This document shows, one piece after another, positions 43,150-52,836 of a stretch of DNA of 64,000 nt. Below the pieces are notes generated by a model that saw only the letters and a list, made by a program, of their open reading frames with translations, did not search any database and was not told the DNA's origin. The position numbers and the translations under genes are program-made. Location: positions 37,961 through 101,960 of the forward strand of contig CATKZW010000002.1 of assembly GCA_949841465.1 (NCBI GenBank), written 5' to 3'. How positions within the stretch are numbered: position 1 is the stretch's first letter; each line of letters begins with the position of its first letter. This stretch comes from an uncultured Oscillospiraceae bacterium (GTDB lineage: Bacteria; Bacillota; Clostridia; Oscillospirales; Oscillospiraceae).

Positions 43150-44816
43150 CCGCTTCCCGCCGCCTGGAGCAGCGCCTGGTTCACGTCGGCCGCGATGGCC
43201 AGCATGGCTTCCGCCGGCACCTTGCGGACCTGCCGGTCATAGGTGTACAGGCCGTTGGTCTCTCCCTCCACGTCGCTGAGCTGGGTATAGATGCATCCGC
43301 ACAGCCCGTTGGGGATGGAGGGCAGCACCATATCGCCGTACAGCCCCTGGATGCGCTCCATAAGCTCCTCCTTGGACTGGGATTGCTCACCGTAGCCATA
43401 GTTTTTCCGTTTCAGGGTGACGTGGCCCTCCACCCGGCGGGAAAAGCCGCCGCATTCGCTGAGCAGCAGGAATTTCCCCGGCCTGTTCCCCTCCAGCACC
43501 CGGCTGTGGAAGTAGACGTGCTCGCTCTGCACGTCGCTCTCCTTCTGGGCAAACCAGCCGGACGTGCTCATCAAAAACCGGGTGGGGTCGGCGGGCTTGA
43601 GCAGGCGGTAGATGCGGTCGGAGTCGTACTGCCCCCAGCCCTCGTTGAAGATGGTCCAGCCTACGATGCAGGGGTGGCTGTAGAGGTGGGCGATGGTTTC
43701 CAGGCAGTGGCGCTCGAAGAAGGACTTGCGCAGCATGCCGCCGCCCCGGCCCAGGTCGTTTCGTTTTTTGCTGACAAAGGTGGGGATGACGGTGTCCCGG
43801 ATGTAATCGTACTCTCCCGAGTTCACCATGTCCTGGATCACCAGCATGCCCAGCCGGTCGCAGGCGTGGTAGAAGGCCTCCGGCTCGATTTTGATGTGCT
43901 TGCGCAGGGTGTTGAAGCCCAGCTCCTTCATCCGCAGCACGTCCCGCTCGTACTCCTCCGGGTCACGGGGGAGGAACAGGCCGTCCTCGAAATAGCCCTG
44001 GTCCAGCACGCCGTGGAGGAACACCGGCTTCCCGTTCAGGCACAGGCGGGGGCGGCCGTTCAGCTCCCGGGTGTCCACGGTGCGCAGGGCGAAGTAGCTC
44101 TCCACCTTGTCGGTGGAGGTGGCGACGGTCATGGTGTACAGATACGGGTCCTCCGGGGTCCACAGGTGGGGCTCCGGTATGTCCAGGCGCAGGGGCCCCT
44201 TTCCGGCGGCGGTGAGGATATGGCCGTTCTCCAGGGGGACGGTCACGGCATAATCCTCCCCAGCCGTGTCCGCCTGGATGGTGACGCCGGTCAGGTCCGG
44301 GGTCAGGCGCAGGGCGGTCACCGACCCCCGTTCCGGCACGGCCTCCAGCCACACCGGCTGCCAGATGCCGGACACCGGGGTATACCACATCCCATGGGGG
44401 CGCTTATTCTGCTTGCCGTAGGGATAGTCGTGGGACAGGGTATCGACGGCCTTCACTTCCAGCCGGTTTTCACCCGGCCTCAGCACGTCGGTGATATCCA
44501 CCGAGAAGGGCAGGTATCCCCCCTCGTGGCGGGCCAGGGGGACGCCGTTGACGATGACCTCGGCCACCTGGTCCACCGCCCCGAAGTGGAGCCATGCCCG
44601 GCGGCCCTGGGGCAGGAAGCCCGCAGGGAGGGCGAAAGCGGTCTTGTACCGCAGCACGTCCCCTACCGTCCCCCGCCAGGCGGCCAGGGGGGCCTGGGGC
44701 GGCCAGGGGGTGCGGATGGGCCTGCCGTTCAGCGTCCAGCCCTGATTCAATGGGAAAAAACTGTCCCGCCGGAGCTGTGGGCGGGGGTAATAACGGTCCC
44801 AGCTTCTCTGCTCCAT
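43146..44816 (-). CDS. Glycoside hydrolase family 2
   Basis: YPRPQLRR, LHFGAVD, HGVLDQGY, FNTLRKHIK, WTIFNEGWGQ (acid/base) and LSECGG (nucleophile). Confidence 0.9.
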   Translation of the reverse strand: MEQRSWDRYYPRPQLRRDSFFPLNQGWTLNGRPIRTPWPPQAPLAAWRGTVGDVLRYKTAFALPAGFLPQGRRAWLHFGAVDQVAEVIVNGVPLARHEGGYLPFSVDITDVLRPGENRLEVKAVDTLSHDYPYGKQNKRPHGMWYTPVSGIWQPVWLEAVPERGSVTALRLTPDLTGVTIQADTAGEDYAVTVPLENGHILTAAGKGPLRLDIPEPHLWTPEDPYLYTMTVATSTDKVESYFALRTVDTRELNGRPRLCLNGKPVFLHGVLDQGYFEDGLFLPRDPEEYERDVLRMKELGFNTLRKHIKIEPEAFYHACDRLGMLVIQDMVNSGEYDYIRDTVIPTFVSKKRNDLGRGGGMLRKSFFERHCLETIAHLYSHPCIVGWTIFNEGWGQYDSDRIYRLLKPADPTRFLMSTSGWFAQKESDVQSEHVYFHSRVLEGNRPGKFLLLSECGGFSRRVEGHVTLKRKNYGYGEQSQSKEELMERIQGLYGDMVLPSIPNGLCGCIYTQLSDVEGETNGLYTYDRQVRKVPAEAMLAIAADVNQALLQAAGSG

Positions 44817-44923
44817 GCCGATCTCCTCTTTTCCTTCCGTTTGTGTTATATTTTACGGCAGAGCGTTCTGGCTTACCGGGCGGGCATCTTGTCAGGCGCC
44901 GCGTCCATTCATAAACTATTTTA

Positions 44924-44952
44924 ATTATATCACATTCGGAAGAAAATGGCAA
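44924..44952 (-). promoter_or_regulatory. Sigma-A promoter of the GH2 gene
   Basis: TTGCCA(44952-44947)-17 bp-TATAAT(44929-44924) with extended TG. Confidence 0.7.
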
Positions 44953-45111
44953 CGGTGGTTTCGGCACTTTTGCGGCGGATGTGCCGCTTGCCAGCGAGAG
45001 AGTGCCTACAGAAAAAACGGCACAGCAGAGCTTCGGCTTGTTTGGCGCAGCCTCCCAGCAGTTCTTTGTGACCTCCGGCCCAGCCGGAGGCTTTCGCCGT
45101 CCGGACAGGGC

Positions 45112-45155
45112 AAAATGAAAACCCTCCGGCGTAAACCGGAGGGCCTTCATTTTTT
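45112..45155. terminator. Bidirectional terminator in the GH2-dac intergenic region
   Basis: AAAATGAA..CCCTCCGG / CCGGAGGG..TTCATTTT. Confidence 0.75.
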
Positions 45156-45340
45156 GAGAAAAGAGAGAGGGAGGAGATTGTCTGGTTTTTTGTTCCTGAC
45201 GTGATTATAATACCAGACTCCCCCGGGGAAATGTTGGACGATTTGAGAACCTTTTGTGAAGAAATCGTGAACGTTGTGAAATTTTCGTGAACAGCCGGAG
45301 AAATGGGGCAAAACGCGGCAAAAATCGACCAAAATCGCCC

Positions 45341-46705
45341 TCAGCGCCGCCCACGGTAATGGTAACCGGACCGCCGTCCGCCCCCGGTGCGGCTGTACCG
45401 CCGCCGGGCCTTCCGCCGGGGCAGCACCACCGTCACCAGCACCACCAGCGCCAGAAGGCCCAACGAGCCAAGAATCACCAGCACCTTCACCCACCACTGG
45501 GACCAGTAGTACTGAATCTGCTGGATCGTGTACAGGAATTCGGACCGCTCCACGCTGTCCGCCGCCACCATGTCCAGGGTGCCGTAGGTCTCCCCCTGGT
45601 ACTCCAGGGTGACGGTGCCCAGCTTATCCCCGGCGGCGATGGGGGCCTCCACCGACTTAGGCAGGTCGAACTTCAAATCCACCTGCTTTGGGTCGAAGTC
45701 GGAGGGCATGGTGGCCTGGATCTCGCCCACGGGCTGGGCCAGCACGTAGTCCCCCTCGTCGGACAGGGTGACGGGCACCTCCCGGATGACGTTCTCTGTG
45801 TCCTGGTCCAGCAGGGTGATCCGGTGGAAGTTGTCGAAGGCCCACTCCAGCAACCGCTTGCTCTCGGAGAAGGAGAACTTGTGCCCGGTGCCCTCCTCGT
45901 CCTCGGTGCCCAGCACCACGCAGTAGAAGGTGCGGCCCAGTTCGTCCACGGCAGCGGAGGCCAGGCAGCGCCCCGCCTCGCCGGTGTAGCCGGTCTTGAT
46001 GCCGATGGCCTTGGAATATATGTAGCCGCCGCCGGAGTAGAAGCCGGTGAGCAGGCCGTTGGAGCTGAAGATGGTGCGCTCCGGCTGCAAATTAGTGGCC
46101 GGGAGGGTGTGGGAGGCAGAACGGACGATGGTGCGGAAGGTCTCGTTCTGCATGGCGGCGTAGGCCATCAGATAGATATCATAAGCGGTGGTATAGTGCT
46201 CCGGGTCGTGGAGGCCGTGGGGGTTGGCGAAGTGGGTGTCCTGCATGCCCAGCTCCTGGGCCTTGGCATTCATCCTGGCTACGAATTCCGCCGAGGTGCC
46301 CGCCACCGCCTCCGACAGGATGTTGCACGCCTCATTGCCGGAGGGCAGCAGGTCGCAGTACAGCAGGTCCAGCACCGACAGCGTCTCCCCCGCCTTGATG
46401 CCCGCCGTGGAGCTGTTCCAGGGCAGGTCCACCGCCTGGGCGGAGGCGGTGACCATGGTGTTCAGGGAGATTTCGCCTGACTCCACCGCCTCCAGTACCA
46501 CCAGGGAGGTCATGATCTTGGTGATGGAGGCGGGGTAGCGCCGCTCACGGGCGTGGAAATCGTAGAGGACCTCCTGGCTGTCCCCGTCCACGATGATAAC
46601 GGCCGCAGCCTGGGGCTGCGGGTCCTCCAGGGCCAGGGCGGGGCAGGTGAGGGACAGGGCCATGAGCCCCGCCAGGAGCAGAGAAAGAAATCGATATTTT
46701 TTCAT
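45341..46705 (-). CDS. D-alanyl-D-alanine carboxypeptidase (peptidase S11) with a C-terminal membrane anchor
   Basis: PASITKIM (SxxK), SGN, FANPHGL and KTG motifs; signal peptide; C-terminal TM plus basic tail. Confidence 0.93.
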   Translation of the reverse strand: MKKYRFLSLLLAGLMALSLTCPALALEDPQPQAAAVIIVDGDSQEVLYDFHARERRYPASITKIMTSLVVLEAVESGEISLNTMVTASAQAVDLPWNSSTAGIKAGETLSVLDLLYCDLLPSGNEACNILSEAVAGTSAEFVARMNAKAQELGMQDTHFANPHGLHDPEHYTTAYDIYLMAYAAMQNETFRTIVRSASHTLPATNLQPERTIFSSNGLLTGFYSGGGYIYSKAIGIKTGYTGEAGRCLASAAVDELGRTFYCVVLGTEDEEGTGHKFSFSESKRLLEWAFDNFHRITLLDQDTENVIREVPVTLSDEGDYVLAQPVGEIQATMPSDFDPKQVDLKFDLPKSVEAPIAAGDKLGTVTLEYQGETYGTLDMVAADSVERSEFLYTIQQIQYYWSQWWVKVLVILGSLGLLALVVLVTVVLPRRKARRRYSRTGGGRRSGYHYRGRR

Positions 46706-46850
46706 AGGAATCTCCCATAATCTATGATATAATAGTAGGCGCCGCTTTGAGGCGGCCTGTTTCAAGTGTAAGTTTATATGATTATATCAGAAAGTTTTCC
46801 CCTGCGCAACTGGGGAAAACAGGGTTTTGGACGAATTTGGAGGGGGCAGA

Positions 46851-47204
46851 ATGAAGCTGGCACAGGGGGACCGCCGTCCGGCGGCGGTGATCACGGCGGC
46901 CTTCGCCGTCATGACCCTGTGTTTCGCCCTGCGAAGCACAGGAGGCGCCGCCCTTCCGCCGCTTCCATACGCTCCGTCCCCGGCAGCGACTGAGGCCGTA
47001 CAAATCGGGCGGGTGGACGTGAACACTGCGGGGCTGGAGGAGCTGATGACCCTGCCCGGCATCGGTGAGGTCCGGGCCCAGGCTATCCTGGACGACCGGG
47101 CGGCCAACGGCCCCTTCCGTTACCCGGAGGACCTGATCCGGGTGAAGGGGATCGGGGAGGGCGTCCTCAGCGGCATATTGGACCAGATCACAGCAGGAGG
47201 ATAG
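46851..47204 (+). CDS. comEA: ComEA-like helix-hairpin-helix DNA-binding protein
   Basis: VDVNTAGLEELMTLPGIGEVRAQAI and DLIRVKGIG. Confidence 0.85.
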   Translation: MKLAQGDRRPAAVITAAFAVMTLCFALRSTGGAALPPLPYAPSPAATEAVQIGRVDVNTAGLEELMTLPGIGEVRAQAILDDRAANGPFRYPEDLIRVKGIGEGVLSGILDQITAGG

Positions 47205-47288
47205 AAAAGGGTCCGGAACGCAGCCGGCCGGAGGCAGGCGCATCCCAGACGGCACAGCGGCCGGACTCTAAAGCGAGGAGGACAAAAA

Positions 47289-47981
47289 ATGCCCAGAATA
47301 TTGGTAGTTGACGACGAGCGCGTCATGGTAAAAGGGATCAAATTCAACCTGGAAAACGAGGGCTATCAGGTGGATACCGGCTCCGACGGCGAGGAAGCGG
47401 TGGACAAGGCCAGGACGGGCCAGTTTGACCTCATCATATTGGACCTGATGATGCCCAAGATCGACGGGCTCCAGGCGTGCATGAAAATCCGGGAGTTCTC
47501 CAACGTCCCCATCATCATGCTGACGGCGAAAAGCGAGGACGCGGATAAGATCATCGGCTTCGAGTGCGGGGCGGACGACTACATCACCAAGCCCTTTAAC
47601 ATCCTGGAGCTGAAGGCTCGGATTCGGGCTTTACTGCGCCGGGCGGGGGCCGCCGCCCAGCAGCAGCGGGAGGCCGACCGCCTGACCCAGGGGGCCATCA
47701 CCCTGGACGTGGCGGAGCGGGCCGCCTGGCGGGACGGCGAGCGGGTGGACCTGACCGCCAAGGAGTTCGACCTGATGGCGCTGCTGATGCAGAACCCGGG
47801 CCGGGTGTACAGCCGGGAAAACCTGCTGAATCTGGTGTGGGGGTATGAGTATATCGGGGAGTTCCGCACGGTGGACGTGCACATCCGCCGCCTGCGGGAG
47901 AAGCTGGAGCCCGACCCCGCCAGCCCCGAGCACATCCTGACCAAGTGGGGCGTGGGGTACTACCTGGCCAATAACCAGTAA
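47289..47981 (+). CDS. OmpR family response regulator
   Basis: LVVDD, LDLMMP, GADDYITKPF and RTVDVHIRRLREKLE...TKWGVGY. Confidence 0.96.
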   Translation: MPRILVVDDERVMVKGIKFNLENEGYQVDTGSDGEEAVDKARTGQFDLIILDLMMPKIDGLQACMKIREFSNVPIIMLTAKSEDADKIIGFECGADDYITKPFNILELKARIRALLRRAGAAAQQQREADRLTQGAITLDVAERAAWRDGERVDLTAKEFDLMALLMQNPGRVYSRENLLNLVWGYEYIGEFRTVDVHIRRLREKLEPDPASPEHILTKWGVGYYLANNQ

Positions 47982-48221
47982 GGGCCTTCCTTTTTCTTTA
48001 AGAGGAAAAAGGAAGCGAAAAAGAAACTTTTGTCCCGTTTTGCAGGTGGGCAATCATCCAGCGTACTGCGTCGACCACCAAACGGGGAAATATAAAAATT
48101 GATAAAAATTAAATCATTTTTTAAATCCTTTAGTTGTCGTGCGAGTACTTTTCTTTTACAAGATACGGCTGTCAGCGGTCTAAAAGTTCTTTCTGGTTCT
48201 CTTTCTTTCAAGAAAGAGAAC
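47979..48221. repeat. AT-rich hairpin/terminal-inverted-repeat element (MITE/REPIN-like), copy between the response regulator and kinase genes
   Basis: Starts TAAGGGCCTTCCTTTTTCTTT (21 nt identical at 57619); the right end CGGTCTAAAAGTTCTTT...hairpin is an inverted, related arm. Confidence 0.6.
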
Positions 48222-48267
48222 AAAACCAATAAGGAAGAGAACAAAACCAATGGGGAGGTGAGCGCCT

Positions 48268-49710
48268 ATGGCGGGAAAACAGCGGGAGAAAGGGGTGCCC
48301 TTTTTCCGCAGCATCCAGACCAAATACGCCCTGACCTACCTGCTGGTGGTGGCGGCCATCCTCATCGTGATGAATACCTACCCCGTGCTCATGGCGGAAA
48401 ACATGGTGTTCGTCTCCAAGGAGAGCACCTTGAAACAGCAGGCCCTGGTCATCGGCTCCACCCTGGCGGTGTCCGAGACGATGACCCGCGAGAGCGTGGA
48501 GCAGACCATGGCCCTGCTGGAGGAGGCCCAGGGCACCCGGGTGCTGGTCACCGACGCCTCCGCCCGGGTGCTGTACGACAGCTCCACCCTGGACAACCGC
48601 CTGGGGGACTACGCCCTGATGGGGGAGGTGGTGTTCGCCCTCCGGGGGCAGGACGCCGCCCGCTCGGAGTACCGGGACGGGGCCATCCGCACCAAGGCGG
48701 CGGTGCCTGTGATGTACCACGGCATGACCCTGGGGGCGGTGTACCTCTATGAATACGACACCGAGCAGGCGGATGTGCTGCGCTCCATCCTGTTCAACCT
48801 GCGCTATATCTCCATCGTCATCTGCGTGGTGGCTCTGGTGCTGGTGGTGCTGCTGTCCAAAACCCTGACCCGCAACACCGTCCGCCTGCTCTCCGCCATC
48901 CGCCATGTGCGGGAGGGCGAATACAGCCACCGGGTGGAATCCCAGGGCCGGGACGAGATGGCCCGGCTTGCCGACGAGTTCAACCAGCTCACCGACCGCC
49001 TCCAGACCACCGAGGAGGCCCGGCGGCGGTTCGTGTCCGACGCATCCCACGAGCTGAAAACCCCTCTGGCCTCCATCCGCCTGCTCACCGACTCCATTTT
49101 GCAGAATCCGTCGGTGGACATGGCTACCGTGCGGGAATTCGTGTCCGACATCGGGGAGGAGGCGGAGCGCCTGACCCGCATCAGCGAACACCTGCTGGCC
49201 CTGACCCGGCTGGACGCCGGGGCGGAGCGGGCCAGCGAGCCGGTGGAGCTGGGCCGGGTGGTGGAGAAGGTGGCCCACCTGCTCTCCCCCGTGGCCCAGA
49301 CCGGGTCGGTGGAGCTCAAGACCAGCCTGGAGCCCGCCTGCGCCCTGCTGGCCAACGAGGACGACATCTACCAGGTGGCCTTCAACCTGATTGAGAACGC
49401 CATCAAGTATAACCTGCCCGGGGGCCGGGTGGATGTGGTGGTGTGCCGCCGGGGGAATAAGGTGGTCCTCACCGTCACCGACACCGGCCTGGGCATACCC
49501 GAGGACGACCTGCCCAAGATTTTTGACCGCTTCTACCGGGTGGACAAGGCCCGGTCCCGGGCGGCGGGGGGCACCGGCCTGGGGCTGTCCATCGCACGGG
49601 ACACCGCCCGCCTCCATGGCGGCGACGTCACCGCGGGCCCCAACCCCGCCAGACGGGGCACCCGGTTTGAGGCGGAGTTTCCCGCCCTGGGAGAGGAGGA
49701 AACGCCATGA
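48268..49710 (+). CDS. Sensor histidine kinase (2 TM, HAMP, HisKA, HATPase)
   Basis: FVSDASHELKTPL, NLIENAIKY, DTGLGI, FDRFYRVDKARSR and GGTGLGL. Confidence 0.96.
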   Translation: MAGKQREKGVPFFRSIQTKYALTYLLVVAAILIVMNTYPVLMAENMVFVSKESTLKQQALVIGSTLAVSETMTRESVEQTMALLEEAQGTRVLVTDASARVLYDSSTLDNRLGDYALMGEVVFALRGQDAARSEYRDGAIRTKAAVPVMYHGMTLGAVYLYEYDTEQADVLRSILFNLRYISIVICVVALVLVVLLSKTLTRNTVRLLSAIRHVREGEYSHRVESQGRDEMARLADEFNQLTDRLQTTEEARRRFVSDASHELKTPLASIRLLTDSILQNPSVDMATVREFVSDIGEEAERLTRISEHLLALTRLDAGAERASEPVELGRVVEKVAHLLSPVAQTGSVELKTSLEPACALLANEDDIYQVAFNLIENAIKYNLPGGRVDVVVCRRGNKVVLTVTDTGLGIPEDDLPKIFDRFYRVDKARSRAAGGTGLGLSIARDTARLHGGDVTAGPNPARRGTRFEAEFPALGEEETP

Positions 49711-50645
49711 GGAAAACGCTGGCCCGTTTCCTGGCGGCGGCTGTGCTGCTGGCGCTGGCCTTCGGCTGCGCCCCCAGCCGGGAGGAGGAGCAGGAGGGCC
49801 TTAAGCTTTGGTTCCCCGTGGACCCCGCCCAGGAAAAGCTGTCCGCCACCCTGGGCGCCTGCCCCTATGCGGGCGCAGAGCGGTCCATCCCCAGCCTGCT
49901 GTCCGCCCTGCTGGCGGGTCCCCCGGCGGAGGAGCTGGAGCTCACCGCCGTCATTCCCGCCGGCACCCGGCTGCTGAGCTGGTCGCTGGAGAACCGGGTG
50001 GCCAATGTGGAGCTGTCCGCCGCCTACGCGGAGCTGGTGGGCGTCAGGCTGACCCTGGCGGACTCCTGCATCACCCTCACCCTGGCCCAGCTGGAGGGGG
50101 TGGACGGGGTGCGCATCACCGTCAACGGGGGCGGCCAGTCCTACCGGGACCGCCACCCTCTCTACCCAGAGGACATGCTGTTCACCGGGGCGGAGGAGGT
50201 GCCGGTGGAGGTCACCGCCGCCCTCTACTTCCGCCGGGACGGCGGGGATTCCCTGGGCTATGAGCTGCGCAAGTTCCGGCTCACCGAGGACAAAATCCCG
50301 GCCAAGGCGGTGCTCGCCGCCCTCATCGCCGGGCCGGAGGACAAGGGGCTGCTGCCCCTGCTGCCCGCCGAGCTGACGGTGCGCTCGGCCTGGGTGGAGG
50401 AGGGTGTCTGCACCGCCGACCTGTCCGCCCAGCTGCTGGAAGTGCCTGAGGAGGCGCGGGCGCTGGCGGTGGAATCCATCGTGGCCACGCTGTGCAGCCT
50501 GGACACCGTGGAGCGGGTGCAGATCCTCATCGACGGGGCGCCCGCGGGGGAGTTCGGCGGGCTGGACCTGTCCGGGCCCCTGCCCCAGGCATCGGAACCC
50601 GCCCCTCAGAATATTCCAGCGGCTTCAAGCCCTAACCATAAATAA
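49707..50645 (+). CDS. GerMN-domain lipoprotein (two GerMN-like repeats)
   Basis: Lipobox LAFGC; twice the pattern L.ALLAGP...L...P....L.S..LE..V..V.LS...ITLTL.Q/S. Confidence 0.78.
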   Translation: MRKTLARFLAAAVLLALAFGCAPSREEEQEGLKLWFPVDPAQEKLSATLGACPYAGAERSIPSLLSALLAGPPAEELELTAVIPAGTRLLSWSLENRVANVELSAAYAELVGVRLTLADSCITLTLAQLEGVDGVRITVNGGGQSYRDRHPLYPEDMLFTGAEEVPVEVTAALYFRRDGGDSLGYELRKFRLTEDKIPAKAVLAALIAGPEDKGLLPLLPAELTVRSAWVEEGVCTADLSAQLLEVPEEARALAVESIVATLCSLDTVERVQILIDGAPAGEFGGLDLSGPLPQASEPAPQNIPAASSPNHK

Positions 50646-50659
50646 AGGAGAGACAAACC

Positions 50660-51934
50660 ATGAACTTTGACACCAACTGCCTCCACGCTGGCTACCGCCC
50701 CGGCAACGGGGAGCCCCGGAACATCCCCATCATCCAGTCCACCACCTTCCGCTACGAGACCAGCGAGGACATGGGCAGGCTGTTTGACCTGGAGGCGTCG
50801 GGCTACTTCTACACCCGGCTGCAAAACCCCACCAGCGACGCTGTGGCCGCCCGGCTGTGCGCCCTGGAGGGGGGCACGGCGGCCATGCTGCTGTCCTCGG
50901 GACAGGCGGCCAACTTCTTTGCCGTGTTCAACATCGCCTCTGCGGGGGACCACATCGTGGCCTCCTCCACCATCTACGGCGGCACCTACAACCTGTTCGC
51001 CGTCACCATGAAGCGGATGGGCATTGAGTTCACCTTCGTGGACCCGGACTGCTCGGAGGACGAGCTGAACGCCGCCTTCCGGCCGCACACCAAGGCGCTG
51101 TTCGGCGAGACCATCGCCAATCCGGCCCTGACGGTGCTGGACATTGAGAAGTTCGCCAAGGCTGCCCACGCCCACGGCGTGCCCCTCATTGTGGACAACA
51201 CCTTCGCCACCCCGGCGCTGTGCCGTCCCTTTGAGTGGGGGGCGGACATTGTCACCCACTCCACCACCAAGTATCTGGACGGCCACGCCGCTGCCGTGGG
51301 CGGGGCCATTGTGGACTCCGGGAACTTTGACTGGAACGCCCACGCCGACAAGTACCCCGGTCTGACCACCCCCGACGACAGCTACCATGGCGTGACCTAC
51401 ACCCAGCGGTTCGGCCAGGGCGGCGCTTATGTCACCAAGGCGGTGGTGCAGCTCATGCGGGACTTCGGCTCTGCCCCCGCTCCCATGAACGCCTGGCTGC
51501 TGGGCATGGGCATGGAGACCCTCCCCCTGCGCATGGCTCGGCACTGCTCCAATGCCCAGGGCGTGGCGGAGTGGCTGCAAAAGCAGGAAAAGGTTTCCTG
51601 GGTGCGGTACGCGGGCCTGCCCGGGGACAAATACTATGATCTGGCCCGGAAGTACCTCCCCCAGGGGTGCTGCGGCGTGGTGTCCTTTGGGGTGAAGGGC
51701 GGCCGGGCCGCCGCAGAGCGGTTCATGGCGGGGCTGAAGCTGGCCTCCATCGCCACCCACGTGGCGGACGCCAAGACCTGCGTGCTCCACCCCGCCTCCG
51801 CCACCCACCGGCAGATGAACGACGCGGAGCTGGCCGCCGCCGGGGTGTCCCCGGACCTGGTGCGCCTGTCCGTGGGCATTGAGGATCTGGACGACCTCAT
51901 CGCCGACCTGGAGCAGGCGTTGAACCGAGTATAA
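50660..51934 (+). CDS. metY: O-acetylhomoserine aminocarboxypropyltransferase / cysteine synthase
   Basis: YTRLQNPT, LEGG, IVDNTF, HSTTKYLDGH (PLP Lys) and VRLSVGIE. Confidence 0.92.
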   Translation: MNFDTNCLHAGYRPGNGEPRNIPIIQSTTFRYETSEDMGRLFDLEASGYFYTRLQNPTSDAVAARLCALEGGTAAMLLSSGQAANFFAVFNIASAGDHIVASSTIYGGTYNLFAVTMKRMGIEFTFVDPDCSEDELNAAFRPHTKALFGETIANPALTVLDIEKFAKAAHAHGVPLIVDNTFATPALCRPFEWGADIVTHSTTKYLDGHAAAVGGAIVDSGNFDWNAHADKYPGLTTPDDSYHGVTYTQRFGQGGAYVTKAVVQLMRDFGSAPAPMNAWLLGMGMETLPLRMARHCSNAQGVAEWLQKQEKVSWVRYAGLPGDKYYDLARKYLPQGCCGVVSFGVKGGRAAAERFMAGLKLASIATHVADAKTCVLHPASATHRQMNDAELAAAGVSPDLVRLSVGIEDLDDLIADLEQALNRV

Positions 51935-52100
51935 GGTCCTTCTTTTTCTTCCTGAAGAAAGAAAAAGAGGCAAAAAGAAAGACTTTTAGACTGTTTCTGA
52001 TATAGAATTGCAGTGTTGTCGATGGTTGCTTTTCGGTAGAGGCAGTCTAAAAGCTTCTTTTATTCGCTTCCTTTTTTTCATAAGGAAAAGGAGGGGGCTT
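51932..52100. repeat. AT-rich hairpin/terminal-inverted-repeat element (MITE/REPIN-like), copy after metY
   Basis: Inner IR CTTTTAGACTG (51983-51993) / CAGTCTAAAAG (52043-52053), each flanked by a T-rich/A-rich hairpin; begins at the TAA stop. Confidence 0.62.
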
Positions 52101-52130
52101 GTCCTGAGATAAAAAAATTTTAAAAACACC

Positions 52131-52161
52131 TTGACCTTTCACCTTGTGGAAGGTGTATCAT
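52131..52161 (+). promoter_or_regulatory. MerR-type promoter with a 19-bp spacer and dyad operator
   Basis: TTGACC(52131-52136)-19 bp-TATCAT(52156-52161); the spacer contains CACCTT-gtgg-AAGGTG. Confidence 0.82.
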
Positions 52162-52182
52162 TTGCCCAGTAAGGGAGGGAAG

Positions 52183-52836
52183 ATGATGAAGATCAATCAG
52201 GTGGAGCAGCTGGTGGGCATCACCAAAGGCAATATCCGGTTCTATGAAAAGGAAGGGCTGCTCACCCCCGGCCGGAATAGTGAGAACGGCTACCGGGACT
52301 ACAGCGACGCCGACGTGGCGTGGCTGAAAAAAATCAAGCTGCTGCGGATGCTGGACGTGCCCATTGAGGAGATCCTGCGCCTCAAGTCCGGGACGCTGAC
52401 CCTGGAGGACGCCATGGGGCGGCACATTATCCAGCTGGAGCGCAGGCAGGCCAATCTGGCGGCGGCCCAGGGCGTATGCGCCCAGATCCGGGAGCGCCGC
52501 TGCCAGCTGGACGGCCTGGACGCCGACGAGGTGCTTTCCGGCATGGAGCGGCAGGAACAGGAGGGGACAAAGTTTATGAACGTAGGAAAACAGGATAAGC
52601 TGACCCGGTACGTCAGCCCCGTGGGGGCGGCGGTGGTGGTGCTGGCCATGATGGCGGCGTTCATTGCCCTGATCGTGTGGGGCTTCACCGTCGCGCCGGA
52701 GGATGCTCCGCCCATCGGCGTTGTCATTGCCATCGCGGCGATTCCGGTCATCGTCATCATCGGCGTGCTGTCGGCGCTGTACCAGCGCATCAAGCAGATC
52801 AAGGGAGGGGAAGAGGATGCTGCTGCTCAATATTGA
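52183..52836 (+). CDS. MerR family regulator with two C-terminal transmembrane helices
   Basis: KINQVEQLVGITKGNIRFYEKEGLL...NGYRDYS HTH; two hydrophobic segments near the C-terminus. Confidence 0.9.
   Translation: MMKINQVEQLVGITKGNIRFYEKEGLLTPGRNSENGYRDYSDADVAWLKKIKLLRMLDVPIEEILRLKSGTLTLEDAMGRHIIQLERRQANLAAAQGVCAQIRERRCQLDGLDADEVLSGMERQEQEGTKFMNVGKQDKLTRYVSPVGAAVVVLAMMAAFIALIVWGFTVAPEDAPPIGVVIAIAAIPVIVIIGVLSALYQRIKQIKGGEEDAAAQY

Noticed and set aside
44946-45071. 41-aa ORF as a type I toxin, and an 8-aa ORF at 45178-45204 behind a strong SD
   Set aside because: The 41-aa ORF has no SD and no TM helix; the 8-aa ORF has no evident plus-strand promoter after the terminator.
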